A stretch of DNA of 64,000 nt from Epiperipatus broadwayi (lineage: Eukaryota; Animalia; Onychophora), in NCBI GenBank assembly GCA_028023455.1, contig JAQFVV010000009.1, forward strand, positions 9,672,001 to 9,736,000, given 5' to 3'. Below, one piece after another: positions 38,355 to 51,729 of this stretch; positions within the stretch are counted from its first letter, which is position 1; the number at the start of each line of letters is the position of its first letter. A program made the translations under genes and the position numbers. The notes beneath the pieces are model-generated. The model saw only the letters and a list, made by a program, of their open reading frames with translations, was not told where the DNA came from and did not search any database.

Positions 38355-38832
38355 CTGAAAAATAAAAAAAAATTAAAATAAGAACAAAAATCACATCAAT
38401 AAACTAAATATATTAAAAACTTTATAATTTAAATTGGTAAAGCTAAATCAGTAATGTTACCCAGATACCAATTTGCATACCAATAATTGAATAATTAGAT
38501 GAAACTGGCTATCTGAAAAAAAATTCTAAGCTTACTTGAACTGGAAAAAAATCTAAGTTTTATATGAATTGGAAACTCAAAAACCCTTCTAATAAAATAT
38601 ATTTCTAAATTTTTTTACAATATAATTAGAACCTTCTTATAATATTTAGCTAACATTATTATCATCTAAATGTAATTGTGCAGGAGAATAATTAACATAA
38701 ACATAAAAAAGGGAAATTTTTTTTTAATATAAGAGATTATTATAAATTTGACTACCATTTAAAAGACTAAAGTGAAAAATAATGAAAAAAAAAAGTAAAT
38801 AATAAGGAAATTAGTACAAAATTTCTAGATTA

Positions 38833-40266
38833 CACTCAGGTCTCGTTTTATGCAGATTTATTTAATGCGATTTTGAAGTTATGCGATTCATGTTTCTTCT
38901 TAATATCTTCGTATGCTGTTTTCTTTTATGCAATAAAAATTATTAGATCAGAAGTCAAGCTCCGATAATGCGCTATTACTTTAAATATTATAAATTTCAC
39001 GCACATCATATTTAAAGTAATAGCATATTATCGGAGTCCAACTTCCATCTAATCATTTCAATATTTTCAGCACTTTATAATAGTACTGTAATAGATTTTA
39101 TGCAATAAATAAGTTCATAATTCACTTAAAATCAGGATTTCCCCATTTTATATACACACATTAAATTTTACAAGATTATAATGTAAATCTGTTCAAACGT
39201 TATGTATATTGTTTTTGCATTTTAAATCACGTTCTATTTTTGCTTTTTAAAAAAAGAGTACGTAATCAATTAATCATTTAGTGTCCGCAAGTTTATTTTT
39301 AAAAGATGAGTAACAATGGTGGGCACAATTAAATTTGACAATTAAAATCTGATTTTTAATTGTAAATAACAATTTAAAAATTACATAACTTGATCTGAAA
39401 TTAATATCATGTGAAATGATGAAATTTGATTTTTAAACGAAATTGAAAAATAAAAAATTAAAGACAAAAATAAAAATTTAATTTTTAATGGTTAGTTTTA
39501 ATTAAATTTTGTCCAACAGGGGCGAGTCGGTCTTATTTTTATTTTAAACTTTTAGTTTACCCTAATGGAGAGGAAAAAACACCCAAAAAATGAATTTCTT
39601 TGGAAACAAAAATTTCAATTTTATAATCGCTTAGCGAAATGGGAAGGATCAACCGCGATTGGAAAATGTTTTAGTTTGGGCAAATCCACTATAAGACCAA
39701 TTTAAAAGATAAGGGGGGTTTAGATATAAAAGTTATAGAGTTGACAAAGATTATGTTGTGGAAATAGGATGGAGCATAATATGGGAAAATTTCGAGTGGG
39801 AAATGGAAAATAAAGTGGCTAACAGGTTTATCTGGGCATAATTGCTGAGATATTCTTGACTTCGTTTAAGGAGAAGCCATAATACATCACATCAAATCAC
39901 ATCATCGACGAATCTGAAGTCTCAAATAGTGATAATGATTAAAATACCGTACATGTATGAAAAAAATTTAAATTACGCATAAAAATATATTGTTTTGAAT
40001 AAAATTAAATACTGTAATTAATAAAAAAAGTAAAAAAAGTTTGTCTTGTATCAATTTTTTTCAAATTTGAAATTTTTTATTAGTCATATTTTATTTTCCA
40101 TTTTTTTTTTAATGCGAATTTTAAAGTAATTTTACGTTGTTGCTTTGCTTTTATGCAATTTTTGGAAAATTACAGTACGTATCCCCCATTTTTCAAGGTA
40201 AGTTAAGTTTAGTTTTGTGTGCATTTTCTGAGGAACCTATCTACCGCATAAAACAAGACCCAGGTG
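38833..40266 (+). mobile_element. Tigger/pogo-family non-autonomous DNA transposon
   Basis: TIRs cactcaggtctcgttttatgc and gcataaaacaagacccaggtg are each flanked by TA. The internal remnant ISLETKI..NRLAKWEGSTAIGKCFSLGKSTIRPI is a pogo-type HTH. Confidence 0.85.
38943..39052. repeat. 110-bp hairpin inside the Tigger-like element
   Basis: ctccgataatgcgctattactttaaatat pairs with atatttaaagtaatagcatattatcggag. Confidence 0.8.
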
Positions 40267-41094
40267 TATATAAGAATCAATATAAGTGACAAATTTATAT
40301 AGTAAAAAAAAGAGTGGAATATGATCTGCTGCAGATAGATATAATCATGAACTTTTTTTATTAATTAGTAAACAAATTATTTTCATTTAGTCATGTTAAC
40401 AAAAAAAAAGTCTGTTTCTGCTTAAAAAAAAACTAATCCATTTTTTTAAAAAAAAATATGTATACCCCCAAGTGATTACTTTTCTTAATAAAAACAAAAA
40501 AAAAAAAAATAGATTGGATGTTACAATTTGTGTTTTATTCTTAAGATTTTATTCTAATTATTTTTAAAAACTATTTTATATTATTAATTATATTTTAATA
40601 ATGTATTTTAAAGAAATATTACCAGGATCCCTTATCACCTATATATATAAATGAAAAATAAACGACAGGAAAGCCAATTTTAAAGATTTTATATTTGTAA
40701 TGGTTGGAGCCAAATAACAAAGTGGAGTTGATAATCAATATTAACGTCAAAAAATTAAAAAAAAAATATAATTATGTAAAATTAAAAATATCTTATTTTT
40801 CCATAAAATTACAATATATAAAAATATTTATAATTCTAATTCATTTATTGTAAGTTAAAATCACCTGTATTAAGAACACAAATAGCTTCACAAACTGCCC
40901 ACCAATCATAATCAGATAGTGTTTTCCTGAAGGTTTGTGATAATGCTGTTCTAGTTGTATTTTTATATTGGACTATGTCTTTAGAAAAATTTAACTTTAT
41001 TTAAATATTTCAAATACATTCAACTGTTAGTAGTAGCATATCAAACAGGTTAGTAAAGTTAAATTTTTCTAGACATTCAATACACATATTAGAT

Positions 41095-41525
41095 CAGGGA
41101 TGCCCAACCTTTAACTTGATGCAAGCCAGTTGAGAATTTAAAAAAATTTGGGAAGCCACAGTTATATATTGCATTTTTCATATTACATTTATAAACATAA
41201 TTCACAAACTAAAAAAAAAACTAGTGTAATATGTTAAAAAGAAAAAAAATGTAAATACATTTTATTTATTTATTAAAATTTTGGTAACATACATATAAAT
41301 TACAATTACAGGAAAAGTATATTTTAATTATTTTATTTGATGTGAAACCTGACACTGCATATTGTTATCGTTTGTATTGTAAAAATGTTTATTTTTTAGT
41401 GTGTGCATGTGGTGTCAAGGAACATAAAATATTTTATCAATTTTTCTTGAAGAGTGCAATGCGAGCCACATTAAATGGTTGCGCAAGCCACATGTGACTC
41501 GCGAGCTATGGGTTGGGCATCCCTG
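41095..41525 (+). mobile_element. hAT MITE, 431 bp
   Basis: Perfect TIR cagggatgcccaacc / ggttgggcatccctg with a perfect 8-bp TSD TATTAGAT on both sides. Confidence 0.95.
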
Positions 41526-43388
41526 TATTAGATGATGAAAATAGTCTAATATAAAAATACAATAATCAGATATGATTTTTTCCCCCTACAGTACAGGCTT
41601 TTTCATACCTGCATTCCAATATGTAATATATAGGGGGCTTGAACTCAGACTGATTTCAAGCACTCTATATACTAAATAATCAGATAGTGTTTGAACTAAA
41701 AACAACAACCTTTTTTTTTGTTTTCAACAAGTCATATTAAAATATTTTGAAACCACTAAAACCTCCTTTCAAAATAAATAACTTTACATGTATCTCAGTG
41801 TAAATGCCTATATGTGATCGTGTATTGCTATCGACTGGTCTCATGGAGTACAACATAATGTGTTTATACATTTTTTAAAGATTAAAATAAAAAAATAAAA
41901 AATACATACGGACAAAATTTTCATATATAAAATATTTAAAATAAAGATTGGAGTATATAAAATATTGATTGCTTAAGTAATATATGTCTTAGTATTCTTA
42001 AAGTACTACAAATAATTTAAAATTAAGGATTAAAAAAGGACTCCATTTAATACAAATATTTTACTTAACTTACTTCTGATTTTGATAAAACTGTGATAAA
42101 CATGTGATTATAGAGTTAATTCTAACAAGTTTTTATTTAAAGCAAAAAATAAATTGTTTTTTAATTAAACTATTTTTGGTTTTGATGAATGTAAATTAAA
42201 AAATAAAACAATTTGTTTAATTATAATCTTGCTTCTTTATATATTGAAACAGACATGTTGTTTCACATATATATTTTCAAGATTTCTTTCCCTCCCTAGC
42301 TAAAGCAGTTTAAATTAAAAATAAAACTGACATGGTTCAGTAAATAAAAATTTAAATAAAGAAGCAAGTGATAGTGAATTAAAGTCACTTTTCCAACTGT
42401 GTTATAAAACAAATAATAATAAAAAAGATAAAATAAAGAAAATATAAAAGAAACATTTAATTAATAAATCTTTATCATTAATTGATAAATTTTCAATTTA
42501 AAATATAGCAGATAAGATTTATTTTAGAGCAATATGCTTTCAGATTTAAATGTAAAAACACTTAAAGATAGCGTCACCTTCTTGCCTGGAGCTTTTAATC
42601 AGTTGTTTTTAAAAACATGTTAATTGATGAAAAAAATGCGGGAAGCAAAAGAAATAAAAGGAGCAGCTTAATTAGATAAGGGACAGTTAAGCTATAGTAA
42701 ATCAGTTATTAATAGGAAGGCCTGTTGAAATTGTAGTCATTGTTACGCAATTTGTTACTTTTTGGATTTTAAAATAACCAAGATGGAAAACACAGTTACC
42801 ATCAACATTAGTTACTGGATAACTGAATAATGGAAAAGTGCATTATTAATTTGGAAAACTCCAGTATGAGTGGGTAGAAATCAGTTCTTCTCTCTCCAAA
42901 CATGTGAAAAACCCAGGAAAATCAGAAAACATGCCCAAGCAAACAGTAATTCAGTGTGCCATTTGGCTTAAGTCAACCCCTTCTTGATGAGAAGATTTAA
43001 ATATCAATGTAAGGAAAATTTAGATACATTTAAATATATTTTGAAAACGTATTTGTTAAAATAATTAACATATAAAATAAAACACAATTATTCAAATGAT
43101 TGATTTATCAAATAAAACTTAAGAAAATAATATTTTTAAAGAATAATAATTATACTGATTTTAAGAACTTAAGAATATTGATTTAAAAATAAATGAAAAA
43201 TATAATAATATATATGAGTTAAATCAAATATGTATTTATATATATGTGAATATAGGATTTGTAATGCTTGGATAGAAAAATTAAATTGAATATGTTTCTA
43301 CTTCAAATATGAACAGGGATTAGATATGCCTTTACAATACAAAGATTAAATATGCTTCTATGTAAAAATTAAATTGAATGAATGTGTC

Positions 43389-44050
43389 AAAGATGAATTA
43401 AACAAATGAATAACTCAAATCTACAAATCTGAATTAGAGAATTAATCTTTTAATATAAATGAATGACACGAACCTACATCCATACACTTGGATTAAAGAT
43501 GAATTAAGTAAATGAATGATTTAAATCTACAAATCTGAATTAGAGAATTAATCTTTTAATATAAATGAATGACACGAACCTACATCCATACACTTGGATT
43601 AAAGATGAATTAAGTAAATAAATGATTTAAATCTACAAATCTGAATTAGAGAATTAATATTTTAATATAAGGAATGACTTGAATTTAAACCCAGACACTT
43701 GTATCAAAGATAAATTAAACGAATAACTCAAATCTACAAACATTAATTTGAGAATTAATCTTTTAATATAAATGAATGACTTGAACCTACATCCATATGC
43801 CTGGATTAAAGATGAATTAAGTAAACGAATGATTTAAATCTACAAATCTGAATTAGAGAATTAATCTTTTAATATAAATGAATGACATGAACCTACATCC
43901 ATACACTTGGATTAAAGATGAATGACTTGAATTTATATCCACGTACCTAAATCAAAGATGAACGACTTGAATTTACATCCACATACCAGGATCCCAGATG
44001 AATGACCGAGATTTACATCCAGATATCACAATCGAGGATGAATATTTTGT
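43389..44050. repeat. Minisatellite: ~5 units of ~106 bp followed by 40-bp units
   Basis: The aaagat anchor occurs at 43389, 43495, 43601, 43706, 43808 and 43914, then at 40-bp spacing (43954, 43994, 44034). Confidence 0.9.
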
Positions 44051-44583
44051 ATAGAACTTATAGTTGGACTTATTGCACTAATCATTGATGACTATGAAAA
44101 AATGATTAAATGTAAATCCAACTGACCTAGGACCATATATGCATATATGAACTGATAATCCAAAGATGAACTGTCAATAACTTTTGTTGTCAAATAAATA
44201 AATCATTGTTGTCTAAAACTAATCTATCTAGTCAGTCTCATTGCACATCACTCATCATTTATTGCTTTTGTTTACAAGAATCTCATGTCTCCTGAGCTAT
44301 GTTCAGCATAACCAGATCTGAATAAGTAAGTAAGGTTGTAATAAGCTGGAACTCTAGTGGTATCATTTGGGAAATCAAACAAACAAATTTTCTAGATGTT
44401 TCCAGTCTCTGGAATGCTACATAATCTGATGAGCAGGAAATATTGTTGTAGGATGGTAAGATAAATATTGGGTAATGCCAATCTTTGTTTCCAACCTGCA
44501 ATATGCTCATCAGGAAATAGTTATAACTGAGAATATAGGTTGGTAGTTGATGATCAGGTTACAATATATATATATATATATAT

Positions 44584-46631
44584 TGTAACGATATATAAAT
44601 ATGTCGTTACATTAATTTAAAATAAAAACTTAAAAGTTCGCAAATAAAAGTAAAAAACTAAACGCTAAAATTAAAATGTTTGTTAAACGTATATACATTC
44701 GCACAGATGCCAAACTTTAAAAATATTTTTTTTTAAAAAAAACAAATAAATAAGTATTTGAACGTACTTTTTTATATAAAAAAAAAAGTACAAGATTTAA
44801 AAATAAAAACAGGTATTAATTAATGTAATCTGTAAATGGAAATGATTGTTTATGAATTATCGAAAACCAAACTAGCCTTGGGCTCTTGTATAATTAAAAT
44901 GATCTGATGAAAGATAGATAAGAAGAAAAGAGATGGAAGCACTAAGCCTTGGCTCAGACCCTAACGAAAGTGATGGATTAGTGACGTTTTGTTGATTGAA
45001 TCCGTGTAGATTAATATAAAAAGGGAAATACAGTTTTTTCGGAGTTCCAGCGTTGGGTGTTTGAGAGTTGTGGTAGGACGCACATACCACACTCTCTATT
45101 TAAAAAAAAAAGGAAAAGACTGTGATACCTTGAACCAGCTATTGCCATCTCCAGAACATTATCTTCCAATGGAGGCATCGTGGGAATTAAAAACAGGAAC
45201 CTGGACTCTTCTACCATAAGCTATATGAAATGAACAGTTATTAAAATCAATTAAGAACTTTCGTCAAGTTTTATAAATTGATAAACAAGCCAACTTAAAT
45301 GTTAAAAACGGACTCTTATCTGACTTTTGTAAGTTTTTAAATCAAATTAATAATGTTTAATTTTATATGTTTTCCGATTGATAAAAATCATTTCCATTTT
45401 TTTTTTTCTCTTATTGTATAAATTATTTGTTGTTTAAATTTTAAATGATGAAATTTAAGGTTGGGTATAGACGTTGCATAGATTTGTTAGCGGTTGATAA
45501 TGTTGTGGTTTTCACATTCGATTAGAATATATGTCAACGATATCACTGCAAGCATCTTACGATGAATGCTAATGGGATTTGTATATTCCCTATGCAAGTG
45601 ACGCTTATCGATGACTTTGTATTTTGATCGGTTGTGTTTAATTTGGGATGTTTTTGACCGTGGAATCTGTGCAGCTGATTTATACTCAATATTTTAAAAC
45701 AAATTTTATAAAATTCATTTGTGCGAATGTATCTAAATGTTAAATTTAAGTCGGGCGTGAATGGCTATATAGTTTTGTAAAGTTATATTAAGGGAGGGTA
45801 ATCTTAGGTTATTCGTTTCGTAGTTGAATTGGCTCAATGGATTGGATATATTTGTGTAATTAGTAGATGTAGTATGAGATCCGCTTCGAGCAGGATTGCA
45901 TATATACGCCACACACCTTCTGTTTGCCTATGGATGGGTTGGTAAGTTGGCAGAAGACCGCAGTCCATTCCTATGGAGTTTTTTGTTTATTGTTCTACTT
46001 GCCAACAGATGTAACATTCCTGTTGGTGGAGAGTCAATGTCTTCTCTAATTCTACTTACTGTTCAGACGTACTTTCCTGACAGTATAGTATTTTGTGTTG
46101 TCGTATCATGCTACATTGAATACATGAATGTATCAGATGGATTGGCGCCAGTTTGGTTGCGAAATTTGTGGCCTAAGGTTAAATCAGGGAAGAATATTTT
46201 CTTTTCAAATGCAGATCTATGTAGTCTCTTCATACTTGACTAGCTAAATAAAATATTAAACTCATTGAAACTTAGTTAAATGTAAAATTAAAAGTTAATA
46301 TAAAAATCTAAAATGTTAAACTTATTCCTCAAAATTTAAATGTTATTTTATATGTGCGTAAATAAATATTTTTATGTGTTAATTTCTGGCAGTGGCTTTT
46401 ACTTATTGATATTTAAGATATAAATTAAGATATAGATTTTTATCTCTGCGTCTCCGCTGAGCTAGTGACTTGGGCTAACGATTGGAATATTTAAATAAAG
46501 TGGAATCTTAACAGCGCGTATCTGCCTACTCTATAAATTTTTCTAGGTTTAAATGCCTAGATGGCGCCTTGTAGAGCAGATATCGTAGTTTGCGGTTAGA
46601 TTCGATTTTCACTTTCATTTCGATCGTTATA
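44584..46631. mobile_element. ~2-kb CpG-containing insertion with TGTAACGAT...ATCGTTA(T)A ends in a (TA)n tract; possible solo LTR or non-autonomous element
   Basis: Short terminal inverted motif, TA runs on both sides and higher CpG than the flanks. No gag/pol was recognised. Confidence 0.4.
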
Positions 46632-47999
46632 ATATATATATATTAATTAAGAAGGAAAAGACTTGCTTAATACTTGGTTATACATTTTTGTCATTCTATT
46701 ATAGTCATTATAAATAATGGAGTTAGTTTAATTAATTAGTAGATTTTAGAAAGTCAGCTTTAAAAGAAGGACCGCTAATCTCCATATTGAATGAATTTTA
46801 ACTCCTAAAGAAGTAAAGAGAGACAGCTTTCTATCATATCTTATAGCCCAATATGTATATAGAAGATACCTTTGCCAAGGCTAAAGTTTGAAGATTATAA
46901 AAGCTAAAGTGAGATGAAGACTTGACAATGAAAATACAAGCCTAATCTTGACAGATTTCAATGCCACATATTGTACCAACACATGTTTAGAATCATAACT
47001 GAAAAAAATATACTCTCTCCTATGTATACTGTACAAGCATGAGACCCATTTCCCATATATTTGGAGTCACAGCAGAAAAAAAAATCAAGTTTTATTTAAA
47101 CTATATATATATAAAACAAATAATTATTTTCTTTTTATCATTTTACGTGAACATAGATTTAAAAAAAAAAATGTTTTTTTCTTTTTAAGTATGAAGCAAT
47201 AAATTTAATAAAATTTTTGACTCATGTATCACAAAAATAATAAGGACAAATATGTTTAGATCATAAATTGATATAAGAAGAATTTAGCATTTTAATTTAA
47301 ATTTATACTTTATAATGAGTATCCTTAAAATTACTCATTGATTAGACTTTTTTTTTGTTTGTTTCTAAGGACTTTTAACAATTTTTGTGAAAAAAAATAC
47401 ATCTAAAAATAAAATCATTACATGGAACTGATGCTATGAATAATTGTGATTTGGAAAACCAAGTTTTTGAACATTATTTTGGAAAAATAAAGTTTATAGA
47501 AAAAATCCTATTAGGTAATGCAATATTAATACCAAACATTAGCAACTACTTTATGTAAATAAATATGTCCATTCTAAGTAAAAAAAAAAAAAAACAAAGA
47601 CAGAAAATGAAGGAATAAAAAGTTAAAGATGAAATTTGTAATACACACCAATCAGTGAAATACAAATATATCTTTATATATTATATGCTAATCTTTTAAT
47701 CCTTTTTTAATATCTTCTAATATTATCTTTTAACTTCTGTAGCAATTTACTTTTTGAAAGACTTGCTTTTCATTGCATTCTAAGAATAGCAATATAGTTT
47801 TTACAATGCAAATGAATTCTTCCTCTCCTATAAAAATCATAATGTATATATATATATTAGAATTACCTTACTGACCATTTATTGTGCTTTTATAATATGT
47901 AGTAGATTCTATATTATCATAAAAATGGAAAAGCTTAACAAAATGAATATATGATCTTATTATCACATTTTTAGAATCATATGAAGCAATTTTAACTGA

Positions 48000-48900
48000 C
48001 ATTTTTCAATAAAGGACTATGTATCACTTCCAGATAATAAGTTGGCAAAATAACAACTCTATAAAAACTAATTTAATTGCATTATTTATATCACTATCGT
48101 GTAATAATAACCTGTCTTTAACTTGCTTTAAATATAGCTATAGCACAATGAAGTTGTGATGCACCTTTTAAACCTCAAAATTCACCATTCTATTTAAAAA
48201 GCTACCAAGATATTTAAAGCGAGTCACATTCTTAAGTTGATATCTATTCAGCCTAGTTTGATAATTGCTGAAGATTTTTCTTCCATCACTGACTGATAAA
48301 GAACTTGAAAAATTTGAACCACTAAAAACATCCTATACATCAATTTTTACATTGGTTAAAAATAAAGCATCATTTTTATTTTAATTTTTAATTGATTTAA
48401 ATTAAGAATTCCATCATCAAATCTGCAACACATCTTGATGACTTTATAAAGCCACCTACAAAATGGTTTAAAGACCACTTGTCAATATAAATGGAAAGTT
48501 AGAAATAATACATTTTCACCTTTATTACCAATTTTTATTGCAAATATCTTAAAACTTTTCCACCAACAGTAATAATGGTTTTGTCCACCATGGAGAAACA
48601 ACATAATTTTAAAAAATGTCTAAAAACTAATCAGTTGTTTTAATTAACTGATTTAAATAATACCCTTACAAAAAAAGCAAAACATATACTGACCTTTACT
48701 CAAAATATTTTTCTTGAATTTATCTTTTTGATTTTCTAAAACCATATCAAAGCTCTCAGAACATTCCTCGATGACTATAAGCAACCTATTCAGCAAAATT
48801 TTGAGAAGTTCTTTTAATATAAAATTTCAATAATCCCAGTCATCAATTATTCCTCTTTCCTCATTACATAATCTATACTTAATATAATGGTTATAATACT
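48000..48900 (-). mobile_element. Very old LINE RT fragment (RTE/CR1-like)
   Basis: The minus strand shows a YGFRK-like motif (tatggttttagaaaa) and a downstream xDD-like segment. Otherwise heavily decayed. Confidence 0.35.
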
Positions 48901-50082
48901 GAATTGATACTCATGCTGGTTATTTCTATTCATTTTTGATTATTTATTTGAAAATATAAACAGTAAGCGATTGATTGTTAATTACTTATAAGAAAAATTG
49001 TTATAGTTAACAGTATATTAAATTTAATTGAAGGATATTAAATCTTCATGTTACCTACTGATAAAAAGATAAGAGCATAAAGATTTAATGTTGCTTCAAT
49101 TAATGATATTTATAATTTCAATAAATTATAAGACTGCATTTGAATTATTTATAAACTTGAACTTAAAATATACTGCGATGTTTGTTGAAAGATTTTGCAG
49201 TATACAGTACACATTTACCATGGAAAATGAGAGATCTTTATACGAGAATTCACTACAGTGATCATCATCAATTTGCATCCACTATTTTGAAATAGTTGAT
49301 TATTCAATGTCAATCTTTTAAAAAAAAAAGTCAAATCTTTTTTTAAAAATATCTATTTTTTTAAAATAGTGACCATTTTATAAGACTGTTGTTATCATAA
49401 AATAGTGAATTCAATAATGTTAGGTCATCTGTGGTGTGCCAGGCATTATCAAATGTCCATGCACAAAGTCTGCTATAAAGAAAATTACAGCAGATAAACA
49501 TGTAAATTTGTATATTAAGCACAAAGAATATATAAATGTGCTATATTAATAATGGAAGTTGGGTCTGAGCATTAGAATACACACACACACTAATTTAAAG
49601 CAAACATTGAATTGACATAGAAATATTGTACACATATAATTAACTCATGTATTTTTTGTTTGTATATTTTCAGTATATGTCATTTTATGTATTTTGCTTT
49701 TCTCTGAAAAATTCGAATAGAGAAATATTTATTAAACAAATGGATCAAATGTTGGAACATATTAGTAAAATAAATAATTAAAGCAATTGTTCCAACATAC
49801 TTGTATATATTTTTTATTTTTTTTAATTACTTTTCTAAAAACTAATTTTATTCCGTAAGCAAAGAATGTTAATTGCTTTGGCAAAAATCTGACCAAAAGC
49901 AAAATGTTGATAATCAATGCTATAATTAAACTGTTTTTTTTTTTTTTTTATAGGTAAAATAGAAATTATTTTGAATTGATAATGAAGTGATCTGAGTATT
50001 CAAGATGGAAACCAATCATTATATCAAACCCTAAAATGTAGAATTTAATCAGAAAAATAGAAAGGAATGTTATAATCTAAGT

Positions 50083-51715
50083 CAGCGTTTCCCAACCTTT
50101 TTTGGCTCACATACCACTTGGTAGTACATCACGCTAAATTGTACCACTTCATAAAAATGATTGTATTTCGGGAAATTTGTTATTGCGAGTGTGTTATTTT
50201 ATTTGCATTATAAATATTATAGGGTGACCATGTATGTATTCATATCTCATAATGAGACAAATTACATTGAAACATGCCTAAACGTCAAGCCAGATTATAA
50301 ACTCACTGAAATTATAAACTCACTGTAACATATTTATATGTATGTGTTTGTTCAAAGTTTCATATTTTTTCCAAAATAATTTATTAAAGATTACATTATT
50401 ACATTAAAGGTTATTTGGTACATATTTTGTTCAAAGTGTTTTCTCATTCCTTCATTTGGTTTTCCTGAATTTGAGTCTGTTTTCTTTTTTTTTTGGAGCA
50501 TCTTGCTATTGGTTGGGCCATGGAGAGGATAAATCCAGCATGTCCCAAGTCATGGTAAAAATAACCTCAGGGGTTATCAGGCTATCTCTTGTTCTTGTTT
50601 TCTTTATATTGTTCAGCATGAAGTTAATAGGATTAAAATTTTGATGATTAAATACTAGCTTACATCTAGTAATCCACAATAGATGATCAAGAATTAATGA
50701 GAGTCTAATTTCTGGGTATGATCCTTTTCTGATACATTCTTTCAAATTAAATAATTTAGATTGATTTGCCTTGATCCGACTCATTATTTATCTACTATTT
50801 TGTCATATTTCGTTTACTAATAAATGGTTTTAATAAAAACACAAAATTATAAAAAACCAATTAGTATATTTTCTTATCATAATCAAATATTTTTATAAAA
50901 TAAATTTAATGAGATCTTTGTGCTTGTTTCGAACAACATAATTTTTTGAAATTTGGTTCAAAAGATGCGAGGTATACCCTTAAGTCTACAGCTGCGTTCA
51001 ATCTGTTTCGATACTTATTTTTTAAAAAAAATATATGAAGAAAAAGCTCTTCCTACTAATTCCGTACTAGTAAACGGTAATAATAATTTAAGAGCTTTCT
51101 CAGAAAGTTGTTCATATTCTTTAATGTTTAACCAAAAATTAATTAGATTGTGTCGTTTGAATTCTACTTGTAAAGTTCTGTCACATGATAATTCTATTAA
51201 ATTTTCTTTATCCTTTATTGATAATGATGTAGCTTTTTCTAAATTTTCTGCATAGAAGGGGTTTGAAATCCAATTATCATTTGTGTTTTCGGGTTTTGGA
51301 AAATATTCCATGAAAGACAATTTTAATCCTGTTAAATGTGCTATTATATTTTCTCGTATATCTTGAGACAGACTAACCTTATTTTCAAACAAAAAAATAT
51401 GTAGAGTTTCGAATACTTCCAGTTGATTGTTTTCGATACTTATATATATTACTGTTTCCAAAAATCTAATTTCTTAATCATACTTTCAATTTTATCATTA
51501 ACATTAAAGATCGTTATCGACTGTACATATTAACAATTTTACTGTATAATATTATTAATTAAAATAATTTTTATGAATTATAGGAAAAAACGTTTCTATA
51601 TTTTTATGATTTAATTTTTTTTTTATGTCCGCCATTATTGATTATTTTTCGTGTACCACCAACCAGCAACTCGCGTACCACCAGTGGTACGCGTACCACA
51701 GGTTGGGAAACACTG
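50083..51715 (-). mobile_element. hAT (Buster/ZBED5-like) internally deleted transposon
   Basis: TIRs cagcgtttcccaacc / ggttgggaaacactg with a perfect 8-bp TSD ATCTAAGT. ORF 51015..51461 encodes the transposase C-terminus (HL..L...FMEYFP, WISNPF, NLINFW, ALKLLLPFTST.L....FS). Confidence 0.93.
50431..50795 (-). mobile_element. L1/Tx1-like LINE 3' fragment nested inside the hAT element
   Basis: ORF 50506..50784 LLWITRCKLVF resembles WIVRCKRQF of the copy at 1.8 kb. It has an A-rich tail (T-run at 50480-50493) and a candidate TSD tattttgt. Confidence 0.55.
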
Positions 51716-51729
51716 ATCTAAGTGATAAG

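Noticed and set aside
43389-44050. CRISPR-like or protein-coding repeat
   Set aside because: There are no unique spacers, the context is eukaryotic, and unit lengths of 106 and 40 bp are not multiples of three.
44420-44510. CTGATGA motifs on both strands (ctgatgagca ... tgctcatcag) as hammerheads
   Set aside because: Stem II is not adjacent to GAAA and no convincing stems I/III could be built. This may be a decayed repeat end.
44900-44935. CTGATGA followed by GAAA-like sequence
   Set aside because: The intervening sequence is purine-only and cannot form stem II.
45896-46243. Tc1 transposase HTH (SRTINKKLHRNGLRS, minus strand) or a plus-strand 115-aa gene
   Set aside because: A single weak motif with no DDE domain or Tc1 TIRs. 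The plus-strand ORF starts at TTG and resembles nothing I recognise.
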